Positions 10,886-22,344 of a stretch of 64,000 bases of DNA are shown in pieces. The notes below the pieces were generated by a model that was given only the letters and a program-made list of their open reading frames with translations, was not told the origin of the DNA and did not search any database. A program made the translations under genes and the position numbers. Each line of letters opens with the position of its first letter. Position 1 is the first letter of the stretch. Source of the DNA: Candidatus Bathyarchaeota archaeon (GTDB lineage Archaea > Thermoproteota > Bathyarchaeia > Bathyarchaeales > Bathycorpusculaceae); the NCBI GenBank assembly GCA_963775895.1, contig CAVZKL010000017.1:171497-235496 (forward strand). Direction: 5' to 3'.

Positions 10886-11000
10886 ATAAAGCCGAGGACT
10901 TTCTAGTTGCGTGCGCGTCACTCGAGTTTGGATTATTGAACTGAGAAATCGTTTGTCTCATGCGGGTTTTGAAATTCAAAATGGTCGTCAAGGTTTAGGT

Positions 11001-11082
11001 TTATTCGCTGTTTTTTCAGCCATTGTGTACCTCCCCTCCTCGGTTTCAATGTATCATGAATATTAGGATCCAAATATGCACG
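11001..11082 (+). repeat. Dispersed ~82-bp intergenic element, copy 1
   Basis: Reverse complement matches 60073..60153 except for one 1-nt indel. Confidence 0.95.
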
Positions 11083-11451
11083 AGTGCTCTCGGTTTTTTC
11101 GCCCGTGAATGTGAGGGTACTTTCTGCTTGGGCTGGGTGAGTCGGCTGAGATGAGGTGCAAAATTGGCTGTCAAGTGCCGTCCGTGTAACTCTGAGCTTT
11201 CATCTTTCTCTTCAATCTAATGCCTTTTCATCATCCGGCATGAGAAAGTTATCTGCGTCAGGGATAAAAACGTTCGCAAACTCCTCTGCAAAAATCTTCT
11301 GCACGAATCGGTGGGTCCGAGCTTGCTAGCCGTGATACCGCGTTTTCACTTCTGGGATGACGTATACTGTTCTGGAATACACATTTTTGATTCATAAATG
11401 AGTTAAGTAGCCTTAGCCTATTCTCAGCGTAAACAATGGGGGAAAAATACG

Positions 11452-11634
11452 TTGAAAAAAACGTTCACCATTAAGGAAAGAAAAGAACTGCAATCCAAAA
11501 TGTCCAAGGTTTTACACGGTAACATCGATGGACTTTCGACAGAATTGCAAAGAATATTGCTAGACGACCTAGTGACAGCCTTTCAAAATAGAATGAACGT
11601 GCTAATCCGTGCACAGGCGAAGGGTAGCTGCTAA
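11452..11634 (+). CDS. Small hypothetical protein (60 aa)
   Basis: Amphipathic helical ORF with purine-rich leader; co-oriented with the downstream wHTH gene. Confidence 0.6.
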   Translation: MKKTFTIKERKELQSKMSKVLHGNIDGLSTELQRILLDDLVTAFQNRMNVLIRAQAKGSC

Positions 11635-11721
11635 CGAGGATCAAGGAGAAAAAACACTTACTACCGATACATAAAAGCTTTATATGGAGAGGTTTGAAAT
11701 AAGGCAAAAGGTGTTTGGAAG

Positions 11722-12015
11722 ATGAGACGCTCCAAACTTGAAATGTATATCGACATACTCAAGGTATTGGCTCAACGTGGTCCACTGAAGCTAACTCACA
11801 TCATGTACAAGGCTAACGTCAACTGCAGCGTTTTGAAGGAATACTTGGACTTTTTGATTCAGCAAAACCTGGTTGAGGAACGTGCTGTAGGCAAACAACG
11901 CACAGTTTATGCTGTGACCCAAAGAGGCATAACGGTACTAAAGTACTTCAGAGAACTGAAACTAGTTCTTCCGATCGTCGAAGAAGCCAGAAACCGAGTT
12001 CCAGTACCGTTTTAA
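11722..12015 (+). CDS. Archaeal winged-helix transcription regulator
   Basis: MRRSKLEMYIDIL..., THIMYKANVN, YAVTQRG: common archaeal wHTH family. Confidence 0.85.
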   Translation: MRRSKLEMYIDILKVLAQRGPLKLTHIMYKANVNCSVLKEYLDFLIQQNLVEERAVGKQRTVYAVTQRGITVLKYFRELKLVLPIVEEARNRVPVPF

Positions 12016-12266
12016 GCTGCCTCCCCAACTTTTTTAGCCAGATTCATCTTTTCATCAAACCATTCTACATCCTAGAATCAGATCTGTCTCAGAATTTCCG
12101 GCTTTGCTACGTTGTCTTGCACGGCGACGCCAAGCATGCGCGGCTGGATGGTCATCCTGTTGTGCTGGTTTATCTTGGAAATCAGTATGCGTGTTTCGTA
12201 AGACTTAATAAATGCGCACCGCATAACGCTATTGTACACGTGTAAAACACTAAGAGGAAGACGCAT

Positions 12267-12644
12267 TTGTCCAAAGAACAGGTTCTTGGAAATAAGCCGC
12301 TATCGGTCCTAGAAAAGATACGCGAAAACCTCGAAAAGCTGAACGAAAAAGTGGAGATCATGATTGAGCTTCAGAAGCACGACCGAAAAGATGTTCAACA
12401 ACCTCTCTCGGATGCACCATTAGACGTCATGACGTTGCTTTCGATGCCCGACCATCTGAGAAAGACCGCCATGACAGTTTGCCGACTAGGACGGGCGACT
12501 GCTGACGAAACAGCGGACCAGACAAAAAGGGCAAGAGCCGTGGAAAGTGCGTACCTAAATCAACTCGTAATCATGGGACACCTTAAGAAGGAGAGAAACG
12601 GCAGAAAGGCCTACTTCTTCGTCGAGAGGGAGAACCAGAAGTGA
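12267..12644 (+). CDS. Coiled-coil + winged-HTH protein
   Basis: N-terminal heptads; C-terminal ATADE..TKRARAVESAYLNQL..GHLKKERNGRKAYF. Confidence 0.75.
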   Translation: MSKEQVLGNKPLSVLEKIRENLEKLNEKVEIMIELQKHDRKDVQQPLSDAPLDVMTLLSMPDHLRKTAMTVCRLGRATADETADQTKRARAVESAYLNQLVIMGHLKKERNGRKAYFFVERENQK

Positions 12645-13423
12645 TGAAAGTGGGCAAAATAATCGCTGTACACTCGTACAAGGGCGGCACGGGCAAAACA
12701 CTTCTGTCAATAAACCTCGCCGCGACTTTCGCGAAACATGGAAAAAAAGTCTGCCTATTCGATCTTGACTTTCGCGCTCCAAGCCTTGCGACGCTGTTCA
12801 AGATTGACAAAGCCGAGTTCTGGCTCAACGATTACCTAAACGGACTCTGTGAAATCAACAAGGTTCTCATAGATTTGAGCCACAGAATCGACAATGGCGG
12901 CCAACTCGTCGTGGGCTTAGCCAACCCCTCAACCGAAGCCATCAGAGATATGTCAGCCAAGGACAGAAAATGGGAGATGCATGCTCTCGGAAGGCTACTC
13001 GCACTCAAAACTTCATTACTCGGCGAAAACGGCTTTGACTACTTGATCTGCGACACGAGTCCGGGTCTTCAATACTCTTCCATAAACGCGATCGTAAGCG
13101 CAGATCTAGTGCTCGTGGCGACAACGTTCGACAGATCAGACGTGGATGGAACGAGACGCATGTTAAGAGAGCTGTATGATCTGTTCGAAAAGAAAACAGA
13201 AATCGTGCTGAACAAGGTCCTCGATGGATCTGCCAAGACGGACAAAGAGGAAGCAAAAGCAAAGCTCAAAGAGGTGTATCAAGTCCCACTCTTAGGGATC
13301 ATACCGTGTTTCTGTGACGTCCTCAAAGCCGAAGGCAGCATCGTTTTCGCACAGGACAAGCCTGACCACCCATTTACACGAATCTTGAACGAAATGAGTA
13401 TCAAAATAGACGGATTAGGCTGA
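12641..13423 (+). CDS. MinD/ParA family ATPase
   Basis: Deviant Walker A KGGTGKT, FDLDFRAP, DTSPG, VLNK; GTGA overlap with the upstream gene. Confidence 0.9.
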   Translation: MMKVGKIIAVHSYKGGTGKTLLSINLAATFAKHGKKVCLFDLDFRAPSLATLFKIDKAEFWLNDYLNGLCEINKVLIDLSHRIDNGGQLVVGLANPSTEAIRDMSAKDRKWEMHALGRLLALKTSLLGENGFDYLICDTSPGLQYSSINAIVSADLVLVATTFDRSDVDGTRRMLRELYDLFEKKTEIVLNKVLDGSAKTDKEEAKAKLKEVYQVPLLGIIPCFCDVLKAEGSIVFAQDKPDHPFTRILNEMSIKIDGLG

Positions 13424-13578
13424 TCTCAAGTCTTTTCCGCATCAGATTTTTTTCTTCTATGATGCAGATAGTGCCCAAAATCAAGTCTACGCCCATTTAT
13501 TCTGCGCAAGTCTACAGATCAAAACTCTTATACAACTGAAAGCTACTGTAACCATTCCTCAGGATTAATGGAGACAAT

Positions 13579-14202
13579 TTGCTATTGCAAAATTCGGCAA
13601 TCGTGCTTGCTGGTGGGATCTCGAGCAGAATAGGCGAAGACAAAGGACTAGTCGAGCTTGCGAGAAAACCATTAATAAAACACGTACTTGACAGAACAGA
13701 GAACCTAGTTGATGAAAAGATCGTCGTAGTAAAATCGAAAAACCAGGCTGAAAAATACAAATGCGTTCTGGGCTCAGACGTCAAGCTTACTGTCGACAAA
13801 GTTGGCCTGCGCAGTCCACTCGTGGGCGCAGTCGCTGGTTTTGAAAGCGCACGGGGAGTTTATTCGATTCTTCTCTCCTGTGATGCACCTTTTGTTTCGA
13901 AAGAAATTCTTCAACTCTTACTCGAATTGTGCGTAAACAAGAACGCTGCAATCCCCCGATGGCCAAACTGCTTCACAGAACCATTGCAGGCTGTTTATTG
14001 CACCAAACCCGCGCTCGAGGCTGCAAGCGATAGTCTATGTTCCGGCAACCTAAGACTTCAGGGCATGGTAGATCGGTTGAAGAACGTGCGCTACGTTTCA
14101 ACGCTCGTGCTCGAGCAGCTTGATCCTAGGTTGGACACGTTCTTCAACGTGAACACAACACTCGACCTGAAGAGAGCAGAGTCCATTCTGAAAATTCACT
14201 GA
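13579..14202 (+). CDS. mobA: Molybdenum cofactor guanylyltransferase
   Basis: VLAGG.SSR.G.DK, SPLVG, CDAPF, EPLQAVY, FFNVNT..DL. Confidence 0.88.
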   Translation: MLLQNSAIVLAGGISSRIGEDKGLVELARKPLIKHVLDRTENLVDEKIVVVKSKNQAEKYKCVLGSDVKLTVDKVGLRSPLVGAVAGFESARGVYSILLSCDAPFVSKEILQLLLELCVNKNAAIPRWPNCFTEPLQAVYCTKPALEAASDSLCSGNLRLQGMVDRLKNVRYVSTLVLEQLDPRLDTFFNVNTTLDLKRAESILKIH

Positions 14203-14282
14203 GCTACTTGCATGAACGATTCCGTTAAGAAGCATATAAACGAGAGAACGTCTCACTTCAATACCCAAGGCAAGGCGTCAAA

Positions 14283-15013
14283 TTGTCGACAAAGAACGGC
14301 GGGCAGTTATCGGATTTGAACTTTCACCCTTTGACTCCTGAGCTTTGGACGGATCTTGAAACTCTCTTTGGTCCTCGAGGAGCTTGTGGAGGCTGCTGGT
14401 GCATGTGGTGGCGACTTCCAACATCCAAGTTCATGAAGAACAGAGGCGAGTCAAACAGAACTGCATTGAAAGAAATAGTCAATCTGGGCCGTTGTCCTGG
14501 AATCCTTGCCTATATAAGGAAGCAACCAATCGGATGGTGCGCTCTTGCTCCCAGGGAGGAATACCCGAAACTCGAGCGATCTCGCATTCTTAAAAGGGTT
14601 GATGAAAGTCGGTATGGTCCGTGGTCTGTTTTTTCGTTGACAAGAAGTTCAGGCGAAGCGGGCTCACAGTCAAATTACTGGAAGCGGCCAAGGTCTATGT
14701 CGAAAATAAAGGCGGTGCGGTCATGGAAGGCTACCCGCTGGATCTTAAGGCAAAGAAAACACCCGACGCATTTGCTTATACAGGGCTTTTGCCGACGTTT
14801 CTTAAAGCAGGTTTTGTGGAGGTGGCACGAAGGAGCCAGAACCGGCCGATAATGAGATTTCGTGTCGGAACAGATTGCGAAGAAGGCGGGTCAACAAAAT
14901 CGTTTCAAAAACCGCATCTCTCAGGCCACGTACGCAAAGCTTTTATAGGGGAATCCACAAAATCAGACATTTTCGACATGCCAATGTATAAGTCACGGTG
15001 CAGCTTCAAATGA
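14283..15013 (+). CDS. GNAT family N-acetyltransferase (frameshift ~14610)
   Basis: LFG..GACGGCWCMWWR, GWCALAPR, then CFFV...RRSG, EGYP, AGF in ORF 14621..15013. Confidence 0.8.
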
Positions 15014-15762
15014 ATATTGAAACAAACCTGCTAATCACACTACTAAAACTGACCAAAGACGGACCTGTTTCACAAGAAATGATAAATAAAGATGCAAGAA
15101 TCCCCAAGCAGGTGAGCACCAAATTGCTTCAAACACTACAAAATAGTCATCTGGTTTATGTGCACGACAAGATCGTTGAAGTCGGCGATCTGGAACGCTT
15201 GGAAATTGCCGTAAAGGCGATCAAGTCAGGTGCCGACCTTGAAAGGGTGAGTGATCTTCTTCAATGGAAGGAGTTCGAGGCAATGGCGGCCGTTGCCTAT
15301 GAGAACAATGGCTATGCCGTGCAAAGAAACGTGCGCTTCAAACAGGGAGGACGCAGATGGGAAATCGACGTCGTCGGATACAGAAAACCGCTAGTGGTCT
15401 GTACAGATTGTAAACACTGGCACCACAGACTTTGCAGCTCTACGATAGATAGAATCGTGAGCGACCAAGTAACGCGTGTGCGCGCACTAATACGATCTCT
15501 ACCTGATCCGAAAATAAAGATACCGACTGAATCGTTGAACACTCTGGAGTTTGTGCCTGTTGTCCTTTCTCTTATTGCCGACGAGCCGAAGTTTCACGAG
15601 AGAGTTCCTATTGTTTCGATTCTGCAGTTGCAGGACTTCTTGAATCATCTGCCTACACACATCAATTCTCTGCTTTGCATCAGGGTGGACGACCTCGGTA
15701 CGTCTATCGGTCGCCAAAAGAAAATCACAGACAAGGGTTTTTCACAGTCTGAGCCATCCTAG
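14998..15762 (+). CDS. wHTH + Mrr/NERD-like PD-(D/E)xK endonuclease domain protein
   Basis: WKEFE....AYE.NGY.V, EIDVV, DCKHW. Confidence 0.75.
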   Translation: MQLQMNIETNLLITLLKLTKDGPVSQEMINKDARIPKQVSTKLLQTLQNSHLVYVHDKIVEVGDLERLEIAVKAIKSGADLERVSDLLQWKEFEAMAAVAYENNGYAVQRNVRFKQGGRRWEIDVVGYRKPLVVCTDCKHWHHRLCSSTIDRIVSDQVTRVRALIRSLPDPKIKIPTESLNTLEFVPVVLSLIADEPKFHERVPIVSILQLQDFLNHLPTHINSLLCIRVDDLGTSIGRQKKITDKGFSQSEPS

Positions 15763-15769
15763 ATCGAAT

Positions 15770-17639
15770 TTAGTCTCTGCCTAGAACTTCGATGAGTGGC
15801 TTACGTGCAAACCTTAGGGCCGGATAGAGGCTTGACAGCAATGTTATCATGAGCGCGATCGCCTGCAATCCCGCAATCTGGAGAATGGTGAAATTCGTGA
15901 TGACAGGGTCGGGAATCAAAATCAAGAGAGTTACGATCGTTCCAATCGAGATTCCGATGCCATAGCTTGAAAATAGGATGAGCAGGCTCTGTTCGGAGAT
16001 CATACTAAACACATTTTTAGATTGCGCTCCCACCGCCCTCATGACGCCAAATTCGTGACGTTGTTCATCTATAGCCAATATGACGTAACATATGAGGCAA
16101 AGAGACGCTGAAACAAGAGAGAACAACGGAATGACCATCACCGTCGACCAAGTATAACCCAAGAACCCCAGACTTCCAGTTAGGAAATCGTCAAGGTCCA
16201 AGACGCTAAAATCCTTGGCGAAGGTTTTAACGGTGGCGTTTATCTGCTGCAGCATTTCAGATTTGTTGAATGATGGATCCATACTCAGCAAAACGAAATT
16301 TGGTCCTAGGATGCCAGTTGCAGTTCGCAAAACGTCATAATTGACGTACGTGACATTGCCGTTGTTCAATGGATCAATGCACACGCCAACGATGTCAAAA
16401 TCAGAACCAAAAACCCTTAGCTTCTGAACCAGTGGCTCAGAAAGCAGTGTTCCTGAAAGTGTGTCGCCCACGACAACCTCATGACTTTGGCTGGAGCCAA
16501 GTTGCCTACCGTCTATATACCATTTCCCCAACGTTTCTTGCGGGTCAATTCCGATGATTAATGATTTACCCTCACGACTGTCTCCAACGGTCTGGATGTT
16601 TTGACTGGTTTCCCCCAGTACGTATCCCTGCACTTCTTGCACGGTTGCTTCGGTAACTAATCGTTTTTCAACCTTCGTGACGCCGTTGAGAGACATCAAC
16701 CCCGCGATTAGATCCTGAGGAACTATATACCTCGTATCCGTATAGTTGAACCCTGCAAGAGACGTGTGCGCGTAGAACTGCTTCAAAAGGAGCGAATAAC
16801 GATCACACATCTCCGTCTGTGCAACCAGAACAATGTTGGTGCCCGTCGCCTTCTCAACCCAGCTTTGCGTTGTTTGATTAGCGATGAGCCCTCCTGCTAT
16901 TCCAACTGTAACGAGCGTGAAGACTATGCTCATACAAAGAACGATCTTGACAGTTGCGGATCGCCTACGAATCACTCCTCGCAGAGCGACCGCGAATGTC
17001 ATACGTCGGCTTGAAAGAGTTCTGAATTCTGTCTTTGCCATCGTACCGAATCGATATTCAGGAGACATGGCGTTCACTGGTGTCATTCTTGACGCCCTAA
17101 AGACGGATGTGGTTCCAACGGCTAGGCCGATTGCAAGGAACAGCACGAACACGACCACGATGGATCCCAGATTCAATTCGAAAGGGTCCCATTTGAAACC
17201 CGAGAAGGCTCAAAAAATTCGATGATGCATAGCCTGCAAGGACTCCCAAGATTATCCCGAGAAAGCAACCTAGAAAGACTATGATGAGCAATTCTGTGAG
17301 AAAGTATCCGAATACAAGGTCACATGGACAACCTACCGCTTTGATCAATCCAATGTCTCTGACTCGCTGGGACATCATCAAAGAAATCATGAAAAAGACC
17401 ATGACCACTCCTGCGCATACTATCAAGACCGTCAAGAGTAGGATGAAAGGAGAAAAGATGCGTGAAAACCCCAGAGTTAACTTGTCTTCAACAGTGAGAG
17501 AAAGGCCAGAACCAATGTTCTCGGCGAAGAGAAGCAGAAAAAGCGTTGATCCGACGGAGAGTGCCAAGCTCACGACGACCAAGGTTGTCTGCAGTTTTCT
17601 CCTGAGCAGATCGTTGACAGGAAATGATGTTTCACTCAT
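15770..17639 (-). CDS. ABC transporter permease, FtsX/MacB family (frameshift ~17190)
   Basis: Two FtsX-like repeats (QRVRDIGLIKAVG; EQRHEFGVMRAVGA; YPA..A) with an extracellular loop. Confidence 0.8.
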
Positions 17640-18321
17640 GCCGATTCATCAGCTTGCCAGCTTCTAACCACAGACTCTGATGGGCTCTCTCGAATATTCG
17701 CTCGTCATGAGTGGCGACCACGATGGTTTTTCCATCTTTGTTTAACGAACCAAGGATCTCCACAATTCTTGCACTGATTTCTTCGTCAAGGTTGCCGGTG
17801 GGCTCGTCAACCAGAAGCAACGGAGGATCGTTTGCCAACGCTCGGGCAAATGCCACTCGCTGCTGTTCGCCTCCACTCAACTGAAATGGGAAGTGCTGAG
17901 ACCTTTCCTGCAACCCCATCGATTCAAGGAGCTGTTCAACCCTATCTTTGACGTGTTCCTCGGGCTTTCGAAGCCACTCCATCGGAAACGCTATGTTTTC
18001 GGCGACAGTCAGAGTTGAGACCAGGTTGTAAGATTGAAAGACAAAACCAATCTTGTTACATCTGAAATCTGACAGGAAATCCTCATTTCTCGAGTTCAAA
18101 TCCTCTCCAAAAACCAGAATCTGGCCGCTTGTGGGTCTGTCGATGCCTCCGATTATGTTGAGAAGTGTCGTTTTTCCTGAGCCTGATGGTCCGCCAATAA
18201 CCACCAGATTGCCCATATGTACCTCGAGGTCAACATCCTTCAGGACTTCGAGTTCTGACTCTTTCGTCCCGTAGACCTTGCGCAAGGCAGACGCAGCAAC
18301 AACAATTTCATCATTGCTCAT
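17632..18321 (-). CDS. ABC transporter ATP-binding protein (LolD/MacB-like)
   Basis: [41 protein letters not shown]. Confidence 0.93.
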   Translation of the reverse strand: MSNDEIVVAASALRKVYGTKESELEVLKDVDLEVHMGNLVVIGGPSGSGKTTLLNIIGGIDRPTSGQILVFGEDLNSRNEDFLSDFRCNKIGFVFQSYNLVSTLTVAENIAFPMEWLRKPEEHVKDRVEQLLESMGLQERSQHFPFQLSGGEQQRVAFARALANDPPLLLVDEPTGNLDEEISARIVEILGSLNKDGKTIVVATHDERIFERAHQSLWLEAGKLMNRHE

Positions 18322-18325
18322 TTTT

Positions 18326-18757
18326 TCATCTTCTTTCTGTCAAGATTATGTTTCCGCGGTCTCTTTTGAGTATTCTTAGCTTATCTGGTAGCTTTGCCTT
18401 TTCATAGTCTTTCCAAGGTACTTCTTTGAAAATCCATCTTTTGCCAAGATGAGCTGCGAGAACCGCGTGCTTGTGGTCGTTGGCCAAGGGAATCAATTCG
18501 TCGAGAAACCTGAAAAGTTTGTCAACTTGCTGCTTTGGAAAATACGCGTAGTACGTAGCGTTCTTAACTTCGAAAGCGTAGACGTCCGCATCTTTTCGAG
18601 CCATTATGTCAGGCAGAGGGTTGAGGCTTGGATTGCTGACGGGAACACGAACGGAATGGTACCCGTTCTTCTGAAGTAGCTTGACCAATGCATTTTCGCT
18701 ATAGAAGCCGCGCTTGCGCCACCGGCGAATAGCGTCTTTGTCGATCTCTCTGACCAT
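18326..18757 (-). CDS. Hjc-like Holliday junction resolvase family protein
   Basis: G..SE..L...L...GY...R, PDIMA, FEVK. Confidence 0.7.
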   Translation of the reverse strand: MVREIDKDAIRRWRKRGFYSENALVKLLQKNGYHSVRVPVSNPSLNPLPDIMARKDADVYAFEVKNATYYAYFPKQQVDKLFRFLDELIPLANDHKHAVLAAHLGKRWIFKEVPWKDYEKAKLPDKLRILKRDRGNIILTERR

Positions 18758-18829
18758 TCGGAGTTGCCTCTGATAGAACCAGAACTATTGTTGATGGAAC
18801 TTCGGATAAAAGAGTATTGAATCTCCCTA

Positions 18830-21104
18830 TTAGGACGTTCTGCGTTTCCAAGCTTGAATTGGTATGCTGAGCACAGGCCTTTCGATAAGGCATTCCCTCA
18901 AGTAGTCTTCGAGAGTGGCGGCCGGCACGACTCTGATCTTGTAGTCTTTGACATCGACCGAGTTTTCATAGTTTTTCTGCGGAATCACTACTTTCGTGAA
19001 CCCCCAAGCTTCGGCAGCCTTTATCTTCTCGTAGACTCCGCCCACAGCAGTGATCTGAATAGAATCTCCGACGCCCAGGTTAATCTCTCCAGTTACGGCC
19101 ACGTCCTGTTTTATTGGTTTCCCTTCGATGAGGGAGCATAGCAGTATCGTCATAGTGACGCCTGCTGACGGTCCATCTACCCCGTATGATTGAGCAAAAT
19201 CAATGTGGGTGAGATAATCTTGTGCTATGTCAAGGCCGTATTTTCGAAGAATTACACTCCTAACCTTTGCTATACTGTCTGAGATGAAGCTTTGACCCTT
19301 TGCAACTCCCGTGACGTGGTAGTAGCCTCTAATGGAATAGTCTCTGGGAAGTGCATTTCTTCGGACCATTTGAGCTTTCACGTTCAGCACGCTGCCCGTC
19401 ATCTCGCCACTGTACGGATCAGTGACCACCGCCAGTCCGTGAATCTGACCCAGTTTCTGCCCCTTGGGCTCAATCTCCAGCAGCTTGCCCCTTTCCTGCA
19501 TGTTGTGTTCGAGGATCTGTCTTTGGATTGTCTTGCAGTGCTGTTCAACGGCTTCTATGACATGACGTTTTTGCACTATACTCCCGTCTTCGTTCATCGC
19601 CAAAGTTGAAGCTGTTTTGATTATGGCGATTAATGGTCTGAACCTAGTCGTGAGAGCGTCTTTCTTGTCGCTCCTTCGTCTCCCTTCCTCAACGATTTCC
19701 TCACATGCTTCTCTGCTGAACGGAATTAGGTTGAAGCGTTTGACTTCCTGCGCGACAAACTGCACGTATTTGCGCCTATTTTCAACGGTGCTCGGCATGT
19801 CATTGTTCATCCGCACAACTTTGCCGTAACCATATATTCTGTCCATCAAGGCAGGATGCATTTGTGCTATACTGTCAAAATTGCCCGCACCCACTAGGAA
19901 GGTTATTGCTGGAACTGGCTCTGTCGAAACTGCCATTGCAGCAGTGTCTCCCCCGTTAAGCTTTCCTCTCAGGGTTATGGGCAGTCGCCCGTCCTCCAAC
20001 ACGGTCAGCAAAGTAACGGCTTCTTCGGGGTCAAGGTTTTTTACTTCATCTATGAAAAGTATCCCCAAAGAAGCGACATGGACATCTCCCGCACTCACTC
20101 TCTGGTGCTCGGGAGTGCCTAAGCCCCCTGTCTGATACGGATCCCAAGCTATTGAACCAAAGAGTTGAGCGCTTCTATGTCCCGTCGCGTCTATGAAGGG
20201 AGCGTGCCCTGAGCTGTTATCTATGAGCAGTTTGGGCACGTCGGATTGTTGGGCTCCACCAATGCCCTTTAGATTTCCGCTTCCACCGAGTTTCGTAAAC
20301 CACCAAGTGAAAATTCCGAAGAATATTAGACTTCCGCCAGGGATGAACGTCAAGGGGACGACTCCGACGAACTTGTCGACCAAGTAGTCTACGAAATTGG
20401 GGTAGATATCATGCAACGGTTGACCTGCGTACATGGGATTTGCTATCCAAGTCGTCCATCCTTGGTACATAAAGTAGAATCCTAGGGCTATTAAGAAGAG
20501 ACCTATTGAAACCATTAGGATCTGAAGGCTTTTCAGTCCGACCCTAGTGACGAACTTCCTTTTCAGCTCTTTCAACTGTTCCTTCTGCAGTATTTTCTTT
20601 GCTTCGCCCGCCTTGTGGATTGTTATCTTTGGTGTACTTGGCAATAGCTGGTTTTTCCAGCAGAGAGTATCCGTCAATTGTATGCCCTGTTCCTTGTAGA
20701 CTTGCGTCAACTTCTCTGCCAGCGCCCTGCCGATCAAAGACTTGCCAGTTCCTGGGTCGCCTAGAAGCATTAGATAAGGTCCGGGACTGATGAGTGTCTT
20801 TGGCGAAGATTTCGTCTTGTCAGGTGTGCCCCAGTTTTCGTACCATTTGTTCTTTTCAAGCCATTTTAGTTTGTGCACCCACTCGTCCAGACACAAGAAG
20901 CACTCCTTAAGGGCTGGATCCTGCCCTATCGCCCAGTTTATCAGATTATCGTCAACCGGGAAACCCTCGGTGCTTTTGAAATTCCCCCAGTCCCAAGTCA
21001 CGCTGACTTTTCTCCCACCTACATTCCGCTCGAGAACCTCAACGTCGGTTCCAAAAGGACCTGGGGACAACAGTGGCACCTTTCTTTTTTCCTTTCTCTG
21101 TCAA
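18830..21104 (-). CDS. lonB: Membrane-anchored ATP-dependent Lon protease (LonB type)
   Basis: GDPGTGKS, TM insertion, ILFIDE, DGPSAG (catalytic Ser), VGGVYEKIKAA (catalytic Lys). Probable true start TTG at 21104 with a 1-nt indel near 21065. Confidence 0.88.
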
Positions 21105-22344
21105 GGAAATGACGCGGTGGACAATTAAAGCGGTATTTCTAAATCAAGAATATGATGGAACCGAAAACAACCGCTTCCCGCCTTACCAAACCGCGTGCGC
21201 GTTGCTGCACATGAGTGAGCTTCGATTCAAAACTGCCTTTTGGCGATGCTTTTGTATACAAATAGAGTCGCTAGATTTTTCGACGAGCGAAAACCTCTAT
21301 TTTCAAAAATCGGCGAATTCCTTCCATAATCCTCCGATAACAAGGAAGATTACAATACGAAGGTTCCTCGTACTTCCCATGCCTTTAGGGGACTCGGAAC
21401 TTTTGGGGCTAGACACAAAACAAAGGGCCTCAAAACAAGTCGTTTTGAGCTAAAGCTTGGATTTTCTGGGAGGTTCTATGACTGATGCTAACGCGATACC
21501 ATGGTTAATCAGGGCCTCATATAAAAACCGACGAAAATCTCCATGCGAAGCCAACGCCTCTCACCTTCGGAATTCCTTCGACCTTTTTGCTGAAATCTTT
21601 GCCAAAACGCAAGGGGCGCGCCCTCTTTTCAATCAAACATAGACTTCGAGCAAAACAGATACGGAATCCCGCAGATTAATTCAGCTGAGCGAAAAGTCGC
21701 GGAAAATTCCAAATACGTGATGGACCATGAACAAGAGTCAAGCAGACCGACGTGAGGCAAATGCCCTCTGGGTTCAACCAAATTCTAAAGGATTCGAGTG
21801 AACGTTTTGGATACCTTGATGCCAACCATGTCACGAGGAGCCAATCTTCCCCTTGATTCATGTGCCGGTCGCCCTCTGACGGAGGCAAATTCTGGCTTGC
21901 CTTTCATGAGCCACTGTCTTTGTTCTGGCTAGTGTAGGCAAAATAGGCGATAATCGTGCGTCGTTCAAGTCTCTGCATTACACTTCAGTGATATTGGTTG
22001 TCATAGTAATAGGTGATGTCAGATCATATCACCAGAGTACTCCTGCCTAACACTTTTCTTGAATCGTATACGGAAGCATCAACGTGAGTCAGTATTTTCC
22101 AGGTGATCAAACTTGTACAGATGGGGTGCACTCTCACTTCGCGCGCTCATGCTGTTGTTCGACTGGCTGAGCTAAGCTAGGAATCCAGTCTAAGGAAAGT
22201 GCTAGACGTTTGAAACTGTTAGCAAGAATCTTCTCGACGGGTTGAAGATCCCAACAATCTAGCAGGTCAGTCTCTCTAAAGAAAAACATTTCAGAAAGAT
22301 GGCGTATAACCATTCGGGGTAAAATGACTGCCGAGGAATGATAA

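Noticed and set aside
11055-11082. Repeat dyad as a Xer/dif site
   Set aside because: The 11-6-11 spacing fits, but it lacks the inner TAA/TTA arms, has a palindromic spacer, and no recombinase is nearby.
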